From assembly GCA_030615175.1 (NCBI GenBank), contig JAUWZX010000001.1:588044-652043 (forward strand): DNA of 64,000 nt, read 5' to 3'. Within the stretch, counting starts at the first letter, position 1; every line of letters begins with the position of its first letter. Made by a program: the position numbers and the translations under genes. Shown piece after piece: positions 1 to 9,373 of the stretch. The stretch comes from Candidatus Parvarchaeota archaeon. GTDB lineage: Archaea > Nanobdellota > Nanobdellia > WJKC01. The notes beneath the pieces are model-generated. The model did not search any database. It was not told the origin of the DNA and saw only the letters and a program-made list of their open reading frames with translations.

Positions 1-155
1 ATAATCCAAACCTCAGCACGGTGCTTAGAAAACTTGAAATGGAGCACGGCTTAATTTACCAAGTATTCACTAAGGAAGGGAGTTATTATGAGATAAGTCC
101 TGTTGGAAAAGAGATTAATAAACTCTTGAATTATGATTCACTCAATACTCTCTAA
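1..155 (+). CDS. winged-helix transcriptional regulator, C-terminal fragment (5' end outside window)
   Basis: Frame 3 is open from the window edge to TAA 153-155. ..STVLRKLEMEHGLIYQVFTKEGSYYEISPVGKEINKLL shows a recognition-helix plus wing pattern, laid out like the wHTH ORF at 27377..27637. Below the ORF-track size cut-off. Confidence 0.4.
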   Translation, partial: NPNLSTVLRKLEMEHGLIYQVFTKEGSYYEISPVGKEINKLLNYDSLNTL

Positions 156-416
156 GAACTCTATCAACAACAAGCCATGCTTCTTTAAATCCGCAACAGA
201 ATAATAATCCAGCACATTAACAGCACTAACATTCTTAACAACCTTCCTGACGCTGCGCCCTGTGTAACGCTTCTTCACTGGATCCCATTCCTTGAATACT
301 ATGATGTTGCCTTCAGAAACCTTGAAGTCATTAATTCGCAAATCACAACTCCTTTCACCCATTAATAAGGACTTAAAATTCTCAGGCCAAACCTTCTTCA
401 TAATCTCGCGAACCAT
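138..416 (-). CDS. ASCH/PUA-like domain protein (DUF3850-like)
   Basis: 92-aa ORF. CDLRINDFKVSEGNIIVFKEWDP..YTGRSVRKVV fits my memory of small ASCH/DUF3850 beta-barrel proteins. Not verified by search. Confidence 0.45.
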   Translation of the reverse strand: MVREIMKKVWPENFKSLLMGERSCDLRINDFKVSEGNIIVFKEWDPVKKRYTGRSVRKVVKNVSAVNVLDYYSVADLKKHGLLLIEFLESIE

Positions 417-494
417 TGAATAAAGAATAACATATAATTAAAATTAAAGCTTTTCCATAAGACTTAAATAAGCATTAAAATAATTATAATAATT

Positions 495-872
495 ATGGAA
501 ATAAATGACATAATTGAACGCATTAAGGCTCATCCAGGTTACAGACTAAAGGAACAGGATAAGTTATTATTATTCGACCTGCTTAAATGGCACGCGCACA
601 GACTGAATTTTAATGAAGGTATGGAAAAAAATCATGTCCTTTATAATCAGGCAGTAAGTGATTTTGAAAAAATAGGCATATCATTACTTTATAACCAATC
701 AAATTTAAATGCTAAATTAGAGAGAATAGAAACGTCAAGATTTGAAGATAAAATAAGAATAAAAATGCTATACTTGGCTAATAATATTAAGCAACAATAC
801 ATCCAAAATGAATTACGTAAAATGGTAAGCTGTAAATATGATTATTATAATGAATTACTTGAAAAAAACTAA
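495..872 (+). CDS. hypothetical protein
   Basis: 125-aa ORF filling an otherwise ORF-free gap, with an AT-rich promoter-like region upstream. No recognisable motif. Confidence 0.4.
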   Translation: MEINDIIERIKAHPGYRLKEQDKLLLFDLLKWHAHRLNFNEGMEKNHVLYNQAVSDFEKIGISLLYNQSNLNAKLERIETSRFEDKIRIKMLYLANNIKQQYIQNELRKMVSCKYDYYNELLEKN

Positions 873-908
873 CGTTGATGGAAAAAAGAATGGACTAAAC
901 AAAATGAC

Positions 909-1048
909 GGGGCTGTAGTCTAGCCTGGTCTAGGACCCGTGGTTTGGGACCAACCCTTTTCTCGCTTCGCTCCAAAAGCGTTGACGGAAAAGGATTTAAA
1001 ACGTTGGCAGAATACCGCGAGACCCCGGTTCAAATCCGGGCAGCCTCA
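909..1048 (+). tRNA. tRNA-Pro (anticodon UGG) with 65-nt intron at canonical 37/38 position (949..1013)
   Basis: Hand-folded cloverleaf. Acceptor GGGGCTG (909-915) pairs with CAGCCTC (1041-1047, one G-U). D arm GTCT..GGAC. Anticodon stem CGTGG (938-942) pairs with CCGCG (1015-1019). Loop TT-TGG-G gives the anticodon. T arm CCCGG-TTCAAAT-CCGGG (1024-1040), discriminator A1048. The anticodon stem closes only if 949..1013 is removed. Confidence 0.85.
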
Positions 1049-2035
1049 TACTTCACGACCAGCCAAGAAATTAATGAAACCCTTCAACAAATCCTTATCA
1101 GAATTAGAAATCTTAAATTCACTAATAATGCTTAACGCCTCCTGCACATGATTCTTAATCTCACTGACAACGTATTCATGCGCACCAGTCTCTTCAACAA
1201 ACATGGTAGCCTTACTAACATCCTCATCACTAACACAATCCTTACTAAGAATATCCTTCAACATGCCTGAATCATCACTCTTTAATGCATGAAGAATCAC
1301 TAAGTTGCCCATCTTATGCTCAATGAAATCCTTGCCAATCTTCTTACCAAACTTGGATTCATCACCAAAAACGTCAAGCAAGTCATCAGTTAACTGTAAA
1401 ATCAAACCAAACTCCCTGCCAAAACGCTTGCATAACCCTAACTGAGTCTTAGAAGCGTTAGCAAGCAGGGCGCCGAGAAAACAAGCCTCCTCAAAAATGA
1501 CAGCTGACTTAAGATAAATCATATTATAATAATCATCAACACTAATCTTGCTAAAGCGCTGCTTAACAGCGAATTTCTCATGCCCTGACTGCTCAAACAA
1601 TATGTCAAACATTTCTCCCTGACTGACAAGTGAAAGAATCCTCTGAAAAGAATCAGTAACGCTCATAACACCAGACTTCAATGCCGCCCTCACTACAGCT
1701 GAAGCATAATAAAAATGAACGCATTCAGTGATTGAATTGCCAAACTTTTCAATAACAGTCTCCTTGCCCCTCCTAATCACGCCATGGTCAATAATGTCAT
1801 CAACTATTAAAGAATACTGATGAATAAGTTCAATGCCGGCAGCAGGAATCAAAGCCCTGTCAACATCCCCTCCAAAGGCCTTGCAGAGGAAAAGAAGCAG
1901 GGCAGGCCTCAACCTCTTGCCGCCAGTCCTGACACAGTAAAGAATTAAATCATGAAAAAAAGGGTCAAGAGTCTCTAATAATAATTCTTCTATCACATGA
2001 TTAACGCGCGAACCCAGTTCAGCAAATTCGTCCAT
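1046..2035 (-). CDS. idsA: polyprenyl (geranylgeranyl) diphosphate synthase
   Basis: 329 aa. GGKRLRP near the N-terminus and both Asp-rich prenyltransferase motifs (LIVDDIIDHG and LTDDLLD). Confidence 0.85.
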   Translation of the reverse strand: MDEFAELGSRVNHVIEELLLETLDPFFHDLILYCVRTGGKRLRPALLLFLCKAFGGDVDRALIPAAGIELIHQYSLIVDDIIDHGVIRRGKETVIEKFGNSITECVHFYYASAVVRAALKSGVMSVTDSFQRILSLVSQGEMFDILFEQSGHEKFAVKQRFSKISVDDYYNMIYLKSAVIFEEACFLGALLANASKTQLGLCKRFGREFGLILQLTDDLLDVFGDESKFGKKIGKDFIEHKMGNLVILHALKSDDSGMLKDILSKDCVSDEDVSKATMFVEETGAHEYVVSEIKNHVQEALSIISEFKISNSDKDLLKGFINFLAGREV

Positions 2036-2036
2036 T

Positions 2037-2882
2037 TTATTTCAACTCATGCAATAACTTAGTAATATCATTCTTGATTCCTTGCTTGATTAAAGGCGTC
2101 TTCTTAATGACCGGGTAACGCTCCTGATAAGTTTTCTCCCTTACCTTGTAGAAAACCCCTATTGGAATGCGCTTACCCCACTCCATTGCACGCTTAACAG
2201 CCTTAATCCTTGTAGGCTCAGGATTCCTTAACTTGTAAACCCTCTTATTGTACCAGTCATAAGTATTCTTCTTGTTAAGAGTAACGCATGGCTGTAAAAT
2301 GTCAATCACTGCAGCGCCCTTATGCATCACCGCCTTCTTCATTAAACCTTTAAGGTGATTAACATCGCCTGCAAAGCCGCGGGCAACGAATGTGGCGCCA
2401 GCACTCAAGGCCAATAATAATGGATTAACTGCCTTCTCAATAACGCCGTAAGGAGTCGTCTTAGTAATAAAGCCCTCATCACTCGTAGGGGAAGCCTGCC
2501 CCTTAGTTAAGGCATAAATCTGGTTATCATGAACAAAGTAAGCAACATTAATATTGCTTCTGCAGAAGTGAATGAAGTGATTAGTGCCCTCAGCATAACC
2601 GTCACCATCACCGCCGCAGGCAATGACTTTAAGCTCGTGATTAGTTAATTGAATGCCCTTAGCTAGAGGCAGGAGTCTGCCATGCAGCCCGTTAAAAGCG
2701 TAAGTCCTGACCCATTGAGGAATCTTGCTTGAGCAACCAATACCTGAAGTGAGGACGACTTCATGAGATTTTAATCCAAGCTCTGCCAGCGCCGCCTTTA
2801 AAGCCACAAGTATTGAAAAATTGCCGCAGCCAGGGCACCAGTTAGGGCGTTCCCTAGTTTTTAAGTAATCAGTGTCAATCAT
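2037..2882 (-). CDS. 2-oxoacid:ferredoxin oxidoreductase, beta (TPP-binding) subunit
   Basis: 281 aa. N-terminal WCPGCGNF cysteine motif and GGDGDGYAEG TPP-binding motif. 4-nt overlap with the upstream alpha gene. Confidence 0.85.
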   Translation of the reverse strand: MIDTDYLKTRERPNWCPGCGNFSILVALKAALAELGLKSHEVVLTSGIGCSSKIPQWVRTYAFNGLHGRLLPLAKGIQLTNHELKVIACGGDGDGYAEGTNHFIHFCRSNINVAYFVHDNQIYALTKGQASPTSDEGFITKTTPYGVIEKAVNPLLLALSAGATFVARGFAGDVNHLKGLMKKAVMHKGAAVIDILQPCVTLNKKNTYDWYNKRVYKLRNPEPTRIKAVKRAMEWGKRIPIGVFYKVREKTYQERYPVIKKTPLIKQGIKNDITKLLHELK

Positions 2883-4627
2883 GCAATCCTCCTTAACTTA
2901 TCATTAATGTCTTCAGGATTAAAGGGTCTGCCATCATACTTTAACAAGTAATGATTAATCCTTAAATCAGTATGCTCTTTCACAAGGCTTCCGAGCTGTG
3001 ATGAACTATTATTCTCGATAACAACTAACTTATCATAAGAGCCTAACTTCCTTAATAACTCCTTTTCAGGAAAAGGGTGTAATATTTTGAATTGCAGGAA
3101 CTTTGTTTTAACGCCTGCACTCCTAAGGAATTCCTGTGCTTGAATTATTACTCCTTTGGTTGAACCCCATGCAAGAATAGCAATCCTTGCATTCTTATCA
3201 CCGAAGACTTCAATGCATGAATCATTCAAGTACTTGCGCAACAACTTAACCTTGCGTTCACGCTTATCAGCCATTGCAACGCGCTGCCCTGATGACTCAA
3301 TAATATTACCTTCCTCATCATGCTCGTCTCCAATAGCGCAGTGAAAACCGTTAGGAACTCCTGGTATTGGTCTGGGCGAAACCCCTGACTCAGTTATTCT
3401 ATAACGCTTGAATTTATTGCCAGCGCCAGGATTCTTGCATGATTTTAATAATAATTCACCTTTATCAATACTGTAATTACTGGCATTGAATTCATTAATA
3501 GTGTTATACGAAACTGCTAAGTACTTGTCAGTAAGCATTATTACTGGAATCTGGAATTTACTGGCAATATTAAAGGATTTAAGAGTTAAGTGAAAGCAGT
3601 CATAAGCATCGCCTGGCGCTATCACGCACCGCTGGAATTCCCCGTGACCAGCATGAATAACGTGCCTTAAGTCGCCCTGCTCAGTCCTCGTCGGCAGTCC
3701 TGTAGCGGGTCCAGCCCTCTGAGCAAGTATTATTACTACAGGGGTTTCTGACGAGCCTGCAAGACTTAATGATTCATTCATTAACGCGAATCCTCCGCCG
3801 CTAGTGCAAGTCATTGCTTTCACTCCAGCAAACGAGGCTCCTAAAGCCATGTTAAGAGCTGAAATCTCATCCTCTGACTGGAAAGCGAGTACGCCATGCT
3901 CCTTTGACTTAAGTGATAAGTATTCTAGAATGCTTGTTGCAGGAGTCATTGGGTATGCTGAAATGAACTTGCATCCTGCAGCGATGGCGCCAATACTAAT
4001 CGCTTGATTTCCATTAACCAGTATTTTCTTATTATTAACCGGCTTCTTCTCCATGATAATCTTAAACTTTAATTTATAATTACTCTTCAGGAAGTTATAA
4101 CCTGATTTAATTGCCTTGAAATTTTCATTAATTACTTTCTTGCCTTTCTTCTTGAAAATCCTTGTTATTACTTCCTTAATCATTGACAGTTCAAAACCAA
4201 CTAACGCTGCTGTTGCTCCAATAATTATTGAAGCCATCATTACCTTCTTATTAGAGTACTTGCTTGCCAGACTGCTTAATGGCACTGGAAAATATTGTAT
4301 GCCTCTTTTCTTCTTGCTAATCTTTATTTTTGAATCATAAATTAATGCTCCGCCACTAATTAATTCACTTAAGTGTTCATTAATTGTTAATTCATCAAGA
4401 GCTGCCAGCACGTCAATGAATTTTAAATGAGAGGTTAATTCATCTTCTTCAATTCTTATTGTGAAAGTGTTATGCCCTCCCCTAATCAGGCTCGGGTACT
4501 CAGTGACTCCGTAAGCATTTAATCCATGGCGCTTGGCGATAAAGGAGAATAATTTACCTGCAGTCATTATGCCATAACCAGCTTCACCGCCTATCTTCCA
4601 TGCAAGCTTGTTAATCACATTCACCAT
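2879..4627 (-). CDS. 2-oxoacid:ferredoxin oxidoreductase, alpha subunit (gamma-alpha fusion)
   Basis: 582 aa. N-terminal gamma-like domain (KIGGEAGYGI..EYPSLIRGGHN) is followed by an alpha domain (AISIGAIAAGCKFISAYPMTPATSI). This is the two-subunit OFOR architecture. Confidence 0.85.
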   Translation of the reverse strand: MVNVINKLAWKIGGEAGYGIMTAGKLFSFIAKRHGLNAYGVTEYPSLIRGGHNTFTIRIEEDELTSHLKFIDVLAALDELTINEHLSELISGGALIYDSKIKISKKKRGIQYFPVPLSSLASKYSNKKVMMASIIIGATAALVGFELSMIKEVITRIFKKKGKKVINENFKAIKSGYNFLKSNYKLKFKIIMEKKPVNNKKILVNGNQAISIGAIAAGCKFISAYPMTPATSILEYLSLKSKEHGVLAFQSEDEISALNMALGASFAGVKAMTCTSGGGFALMNESLSLAGSSETPVVIILAQRAGPATGLPTRTEQGDLRHVIHAGHGEFQRCVIAPGDAYDCFHLTLKSFNIASKFQIPVIMLTDKYLAVSYNTINEFNASNYSIDKGELLLKSCKNPGAGNKFKRYRITESGVSPRPIPGVPNGFHCAIGDEHDEEGNIIESSGQRVAMADKRERKVKLLRKYLNDSCIEVFGDKNARIAILAWGSTKGVIIQAQEFLRSAGVKTKFLQFKILHPFPEKELLRKLGSYDKLVVIENNSSSQLGSLVKEHTDLRINHYLLKYDGRPFNPEDINDKLRRIA

Positions 4628-5018
4628 TAAGTATTCGTGTTATTATTAAGTTTACTTCATTTGCAATCTCATCAAGCTTTTCATTAAGAATTCTTGATAA
4701 ACCCTGCTTGTAATTAATTGAGTGCGGTTGGATTCCAATAAGGAATAACTTGCTTACTAATCTCTTAATTAAACTCAGTGAAGGATTATGCGTTGTGCTG
4801 AATGCCTGCTTAACTACTTCCTCTTCATTAATTAACTTAACACTGCCAGGCTCCGCGTTAAAATTCACTGCATCAATAATTATTACTGAATCACCTTCAT
4901 TAATGAAGTTTTCAGGGCACGTGCCTGCATTAATCACTTCATGCTTTAACTTCTTTAAAATCATTAATGCTGCAGCATCATCCTCTCTTAATTCACTGCC
5001 AACAGCGAGTATTTTCAT
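4611..5018 (-). CDS. hycI: hydrogenase maturation endopeptidase (HycI/HybD-like)
   Basis: 135 aa. Size and motifs (ILAVGSELREDD, IIIDAV, TTHNPSL) fit Ni-dependent hydrogenase C-terminal proteases. Overlaps the OFOR alpha start by 17 nt. Confidence 0.55.
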   Translation of the reverse strand: MKILAVGSELREDDAAALMILKKLKHEVINAGTCPENFINEGDSVIIIDAVNFNAEPGSVKLINEEEVVKQAFSTTHNPSLSLIKRLVSKLFLIGIQPHSINYKQGLSRILNEKLDEIANEVNLIITRILNGECD

Positions 5019-5110
5019 TAATTATTTAATATTGCTTGATGATTTATTAAACTTGATGAAAAACGGTGAAGGAAGATTTTTTAATAAATTCATTTATTAT
5101 TAATTAATTA

Positions 5111-5515
5111 ATGAAGCAAGAGCGTTCAATTGGTGCAGTCGTTTTCCATGATGATGAATTCTTAATGTTAAAGTATGGTCTTGGTCACTGGGGTCTTGTT
5201 AAAGGGCATGTTGAAGAAGGCGAGAGTGATGAGGAGACTATACGCAGGGAGTTAGAGGAGGAGACTGGAATCACTGATGCTGAAATAATTAATGGTTTTG
5301 AAGAAGAAATTCATTACTTCTATAAACATGAAGGGCGTACGATTTCGAAAACAGTTACTTACTTGTTAATAAAAGTTAACAGTAATGAAGTAAGGCTTAG
5401 TTACGAGCACACTGATTATAAGTGGCTTCCTTACGAGGAGGCCTTAAGGTTAGTAACGCATGCAAGCGTTAAGGAATTAATTAAGAAAGCAATGGCTTTC
5501 ATATCAAGTAATTGA
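5111..5515 (+). CDS. Nudix hydrolase
   Basis: Nudix box GHVEEGESDEETIRRELEEETGI (GX5EX7REUXEEXGU). Confidence 0.85.
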   Translation: MKQERSIGAVVFHDDEFLMLKYGLGHWGLVKGHVEEGESDEETIRRELEEETGITDAEIINGFEEEIHYFYKHEGRTISKTVTYLLIKVNSNEVRLSYEHTDYKWLPYEEALRLVTHASVKELIKKAMAFISSN

Positions 5516-5585
5516 TTCCGCGCCAAAAATCTATTTTCCACCACCATTATTTTTATAAATTCATTTTTAGTTATTATTCGTTGCA

Positions 5586-6320
5586 ATGGATAGTTTTAAA
5601 TTAAAAGTCAGGCAAGCACTTTGTGAGAGGGATAGGGATAAATTCCGCAACTACTTAAATAATCATCCTGAACTTAAGGATAAATTAAACTACTTTAATA
5701 AGAAAATAAAGAAGGATTTAAAGGATTTTGCTGATAAATTAGTTAAGGATTATGAAAATATCTTAGGCGGCATTAAATTCAATAAGATAAAATCAAAAGA
5801 ATTAATAACAAAAGTTTCTGAGTTAATGTTTAATAAAAATGAAGATTCCTTCACATTAAATGGCATTATTAATTCTTTTGGCAACATATACCTTACTGAT
5901 AGTTCTATTTTCGCGGAATTAAATGATTTAACTGATGAAAAAATTACAGTGCTGGGGTATAGTTCTGATGCTCTTAATGACTATTTTTTAACTTACGAGA
6001 GGATTGTTAGGGAAGTTGTATGGTCTGCTAATGTGTACGGCATCGAGAAAGTCTTAAAGGATGATTTTATCAACATTATTATTAGAAAAGTCATTCCATC
6101 AAAGGAGGATTATAGAAAGCATTTTGAGATGCAGAGGGACTTAGGCAGTAAGTTAATTTCAAAAACCTTAAGTGAAGGTTTGCCTGACATTAATGATAAG
6201 TCTGAATTGAATGCTGTTGCAACTTCAGTCTTTTCTGATTTTAAAAGTATTTACAGCATTATTGAAGAATACTTAGAGAAAATTGTTGAAAAAGACATAG
6301 AACAGATTTATAAATCTTGA
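5586..6320 (+). CDS. hypothetical protein
   Basis: 244-aa ORF, Lys/Asp-rich and helical-looking. No recognisable motif. Confidence 0.45.
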   Translation: MDSFKLKVRQALCERDRDKFRNYLNNHPELKDKLNYFNKKIKKDLKDFADKLVKDYENILGGIKFNKIKSKELITKVSELMFNKNEDSFTLNGIINSFGNIYLTDSSIFAELNDLTDEKITVLGYSSDALNDYFLTYERIVREVVWSANVYGIEKVLKDDFINIIIRKVIPSKEDYRKHFEMQRDLGSKLISKTLSEGLPDINDKSELNAVATSVFSDFKSIYSIIEEYLEKIVEKDIEQIYKS

Positions 6321-6329
6321 AGCGAGATA

Positions 6330-8024
6330 TCAAGTAATTTTAAATGCTTTTAAGAGATTGCTCAAGCTAAGAGTATTAATGACATCCTTCTCCCTTGCCC
6401 AGGCGCGTCGGGCAGTGCCAATGCCTAAACGCATGAATTCAAGATGGCTTGCAGAGTGAGCGTCAGTATTAATGGCTAATTTACATCCTGCCTTTAACGC
6501 CTCCCGCGCGTCAGCATCACTTAAGTCCAGTCGCGCAGGGCAAGCATTAACCTCTAAGTAAGTGCTGGCCCTCTTAGAAGCCTCGAAAACCCTAGGCCAG
6601 TCAAACTCGCAGCCAGTTTTTTGCAGGATTTTCCTTCCAGTAGGGTGAGCAATAATTTTAACGTAAGGATTCTCCATTGCCCTGATTAACCTGTCAGTCA
6701 TTGCCTTACTATTAAGAGAGAATTTAGCGTGGATGCCTGCAACAACGAAGTCAAGCACTTTTAATACCCTGTCATGAACGTCAAGAGAGCCGTCCTCTAA
6801 AATATTAACTTCAGCTCCACGCAGCAATCTGATTCCTGGAATACTCATTTTCTTAATCTCATGCGCTTGCTTAATTAGCTTCCTTTCATTCATGCTGTTA
6901 GCAATCCTTAACTTCCCTGCATGGTCTGTGATTCCGATATACTCATAATTAAGTGACTTGGCTTTCAAAGCCATCTCCTTAATTGAGTTAGCGCCGTCAC
7001 TATAATTAGTATGGCAATGCAAGTCGCCTTTAATAGAGTTATAAGGTATTAATTCAGGGATTTTTTTCATCCGCGCTGCCTGAATCTCACCATGATTCTC
7101 GCGCAGTTCTGGAGGAATGAATTGTAATCCTAATTTATTATAAATTCCTTTTTCAGTCCTGCCGGCAATCATTTTATTATTCTCGAATAAGCCGTACTCT
7201 GATAGTTTAAGCCCTTTTAATTTTGAAATAATTCTTAAAGCAATGTTATGGTCTTTCGAGCCTGTGAAGTACTGTAAGGCAGCTCCGAATGATTCTTCTT
7301 TAATAATTCTTAAATCTGAATTAATGCCTGACTCAAGGCGCACGGAGCACTTGGTTTTACCGCTCGCGATTACTCTGCCAAGCTTTAAGAATGCTTTAAC
7401 AGCATTATCATTCCTCGGGCATACTAGTATGTCAATATCCGCAACTGACTCCTTCATCCTCCTGATAGAACCTGCTATTTCAATTAATTTAGAGTAAGGA
7501 CTTAATTCTTCTTTAATGAATTCTGCTTCTTTTAAGGCATTTAATAATAAGCTTCTTTTCTTCTTCACGTAAGCCATTTTAATGTTTTCTAAAATCAGCT
7601 GTTCTTTACGCTCCTTAAATCCTGAAATCTTCTTAATCCTGCCTTCCTTGGCTGCCTTCTCCAAATCCTTTAATGATTTAATGCCCAGTTCAGCGTGTAA
7701 TTTCTTAACAGTTTTTGGTCCGATTCCTTGAATGTTCATTAAGTCAATGAAGTTGAAAGGAATTTTCTTCATTAACCTGTCATGATGCCTTGACCTGCCT
7801 GTCTTTATTATTTCCTCAATCATTAATGAGATGTTGCGTCCGACGCCTGGAATCTCGTCCAATGCCTTAAGTCCTCCATGTTCATAAATTTTTGAAACAT
7901 CCTCTGACAATCCTTCAATTGACCTTGCAGCGCGAGCGTAAGCCATGGGCTTGAATTGCATGTCAAGGATTTCAAAGGCGTATGAAATTTCTTGAAGAAT
8001 TTTAGAGACAAGAACGTTCTTCAT
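6330..8024 (-). CDS. polX: family X DNA polymerase with C-terminal PHP domain
   Basis: 564 aa. Helix-hairpin-helix motifs (GVGRNISLMI, GIGPKTVKKL), pol-beta nucleotidyltransferase Asp pair (VADIDILV), PHP motifs (GDLHCHTNYSDG, ITDHAG, NTDAHS). Confidence 0.85.
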   Translation of the reverse strand: MKNVLVSKILQEISYAFEILDMQFKPMAYARAARSIEGLSEDVSKIYEHGGLKALDEIPGVGRNISLMIEEIIKTGRSRHHDRLMKKIPFNFIDLMNIQGIGPKTVKKLHAELGIKSLKDLEKAAKEGRIKKISGFKERKEQLILENIKMAYVKKKRSLLLNALKEAEFIKEELSPYSKLIEIAGSIRRMKESVADIDILVCPRNDNAVKAFLKLGRVIASGKTKCSVRLESGINSDLRIIKEESFGAALQYFTGSKDHNIALRIISKLKGLKLSEYGLFENNKMIAGRTEKGIYNKLGLQFIPPELRENHGEIQAARMKKIPELIPYNSIKGDLHCHTNYSDGANSIKEMALKAKSLNYEYIGITDHAGKLRIANSMNERKLIKQAHEIKKMSIPGIRLLRGAEVNILEDGSLDVHDRVLKVLDFVVAGIHAKFSLNSKAMTDRLIRAMENPYVKIIAHPTGRKILQKTGCEFDWPRVFEASKRASTYLEVNACPARLDLSDADAREALKAGCKLAINTDAHSASHLEFMRLGIGTARRAWAREKDVINTLSLSNLLKAFKIT

Positions 8025-8090
8025 AGAAGTTATTTAAACAAGCAAAGGATAAAAAAGTTTTTAGGTTACCATTAATTAAATAATAAGGTT

Positions 8091-8552
8091 ATGGGCATTA
8101 CTATCAGGCCTTCAAGGATTCGGAACATTAATAATTACTTATTATCAGGGGCATTGCTTACAGGAAGCATATTCCTTCACACGATTAATCCATTACTGAC
8201 GATTGCAGGAAGCATTCTGAGCTTGTTACCAACCATTAAGGCTGAAGTCTGGCGCTTAAGCAGGAAGTGCGTTATGCATGACACTGAATTAATCTTTGAG
8301 CAGGGACTCCTCAGGAGGAATAAGAAGAACATCCTGATTTCTAATCTGTACTCAGTGAGCGTGAAGCAGGGCTTGATTGAAAGATTATTTAATTATGGCA
8401 CAGTCACTCTTGGCTCATGGGTTGATGATAACATGGTTCCTACAGAGTTATTCAAGGTCCGGAGGCCTGAAGAAGTCGCTGACCATTTGAACTTTCTTTT
8501 AAAGAAGAATTACTCAGCGCACGTGGAGAAGAGCAGGAAAAGGCAATACTGA
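8091..8552 (+). CDS. membrane protein with bacterial-type PH (bPH_2/YdbT-like) domain
   Basis: 153 aa. Two N-terminal hydrophobic helices, then ..LIFEQGLLRRNKKNILISNLYSVSVKQGLIERLFNYGTVTL, which is typical of bPH_2 domains. Confidence 0.55.
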   Translation: MGITIRPSRIRNINNYLLSGALLTGSIFLHTINPLLTIAGSILSLLPTIKAEVWRLSRKCVMHDTELIFEQGLLRRNKKNILISNLYSVSVKQGLIERLFNYGTVTLGSWVDDNMVPTELFKVRRPEEVADHLNFLLKKNYSAHVEKSRKRQY

Positions 8553-8606
8553 ATGCATGAAGAAGCAGGGGAAAAAATTAAAGCAGAGAAACACTAATAA
8601 TAATTA

Positions 8607-9257
8607 ATGAGGGATTACATTATCTTCATATTATTCCTGGGTTTCAGCACTTTAATAGTGTTTTACGCTGGATTAATTAATCCTTTAGCGTCATTAATAA
8701 TTTCAGTATTACTCATAATAATTAGCAGTTTATTAGGAATCATGACTGAGTCAGTGAGCAAGTTCTTAATAAGTCATCACTTAATTCAGGCTGGTTACGT
8801 GCTGCTTGATGTTGGAGTCGCCGGGTTATCAGGCAAGAACGCCTTGCTATCACTGGTGCAATTAATGAATTACGCGATAGCAGGCACGTTATTATTAGTA
8901 GCTAAGAGTGATTCGAGAATGATTAATGGCATTAAAGTAAGTAAGTCAGGGCTTATTGGTTTAACAATTGCTGCATTAAGTCTTGGAGGACTGCCATTGT
9001 TTAACTTATTCGTAAGCGAGTTCCCAATTTACGCTTTATCATATGAAATTAATCCATTGCTTACTGGATTCCTGCTCTTAACTTCATTAATAGTGCTGCT
9101 TAATTATGTAAAAATACTTTTGCCGGCTTATTATAATTCAAGGATTAAGGAATCCAGTGCTGCCAGGAAGTTCATTACTTACGCTTTAAGCGCTACCTGC
9201 CTGTTATTAGGCGTTATCCCTCAATTAGAATTAACCTTATTCGAGGCTTTATCATGA
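8607..9257 (+). CDS. half-size antiporter-like (NuoL/M/N, MbhH-like) membrane subunit
   Basis: 216 aa and all hydrophobic. LISHHLIQAGY and LSLGGLPLFNLFVSEFPIY resemble the second half of the Proton_antipo_M domain (LAYSSIxHxGY, lslaGlPPlxGFxsK). The N-terminal half of that domain is absent. Confidence 0.6.
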   Translation: MRDYIIFILFLGFSTLIVFYAGLINPLASLIISVLLIIISSLLGIMTESVSKFLISHHLIQAGYVLLDVGVAGLSGKNALLSLVQLMNYAIAGTLLLVAKSDSRMINGIKVSKSGLIGLTIAALSLGGLPLFNLFVSEFPIYALSYEINPLLTGFLLLTSLIVLLNYVKILLPAYYNSRIKESSAARKFITYALSATCLLLGVIPQLELTLFEALS

Positions 9258-9373
9258 AATCAGGTAAGCAGGAGTTATACGTTGGAGGCGAGAAGCCTGA
9301 TTTAAAGGAGCAGTCATTCAGCATTGTAATCTACTTAAAGCAGTTAATAAAGGACCTGGTGAGGCGAAGATGA
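9254..9373 (+). CDS. 39-codon ORF between membrane subunit and NuoB-like gene
   Basis: Its ATG overlaps the upstream TGA (ATGA). MKSGKQELYVGGEKPDLKEQSFSIVIYLKQLIKDLVRRR. Its last 24 nt are the left copy of the junction duplication. Coding status uncertain. Confidence 0.25.
   Translation: MKSGKQELYVGGEKPDLKEQSFSIVIYLKQLIKDLVRRR

Noticed and set aside
939-1151. ORFs 939..1151 and 944..1135 (+)
   Set aside because: They run through the tRNA-Pro gene and its intron, then antisense into the GGPP synthase gene. The tRNA fold explains the region.
3156-4340. Three plus-strand ORFs (3156..3344, 3804..4007, 4116..4340)
   Set aside because: Antisense shadows inside the well-supported OFOR alpha gene.
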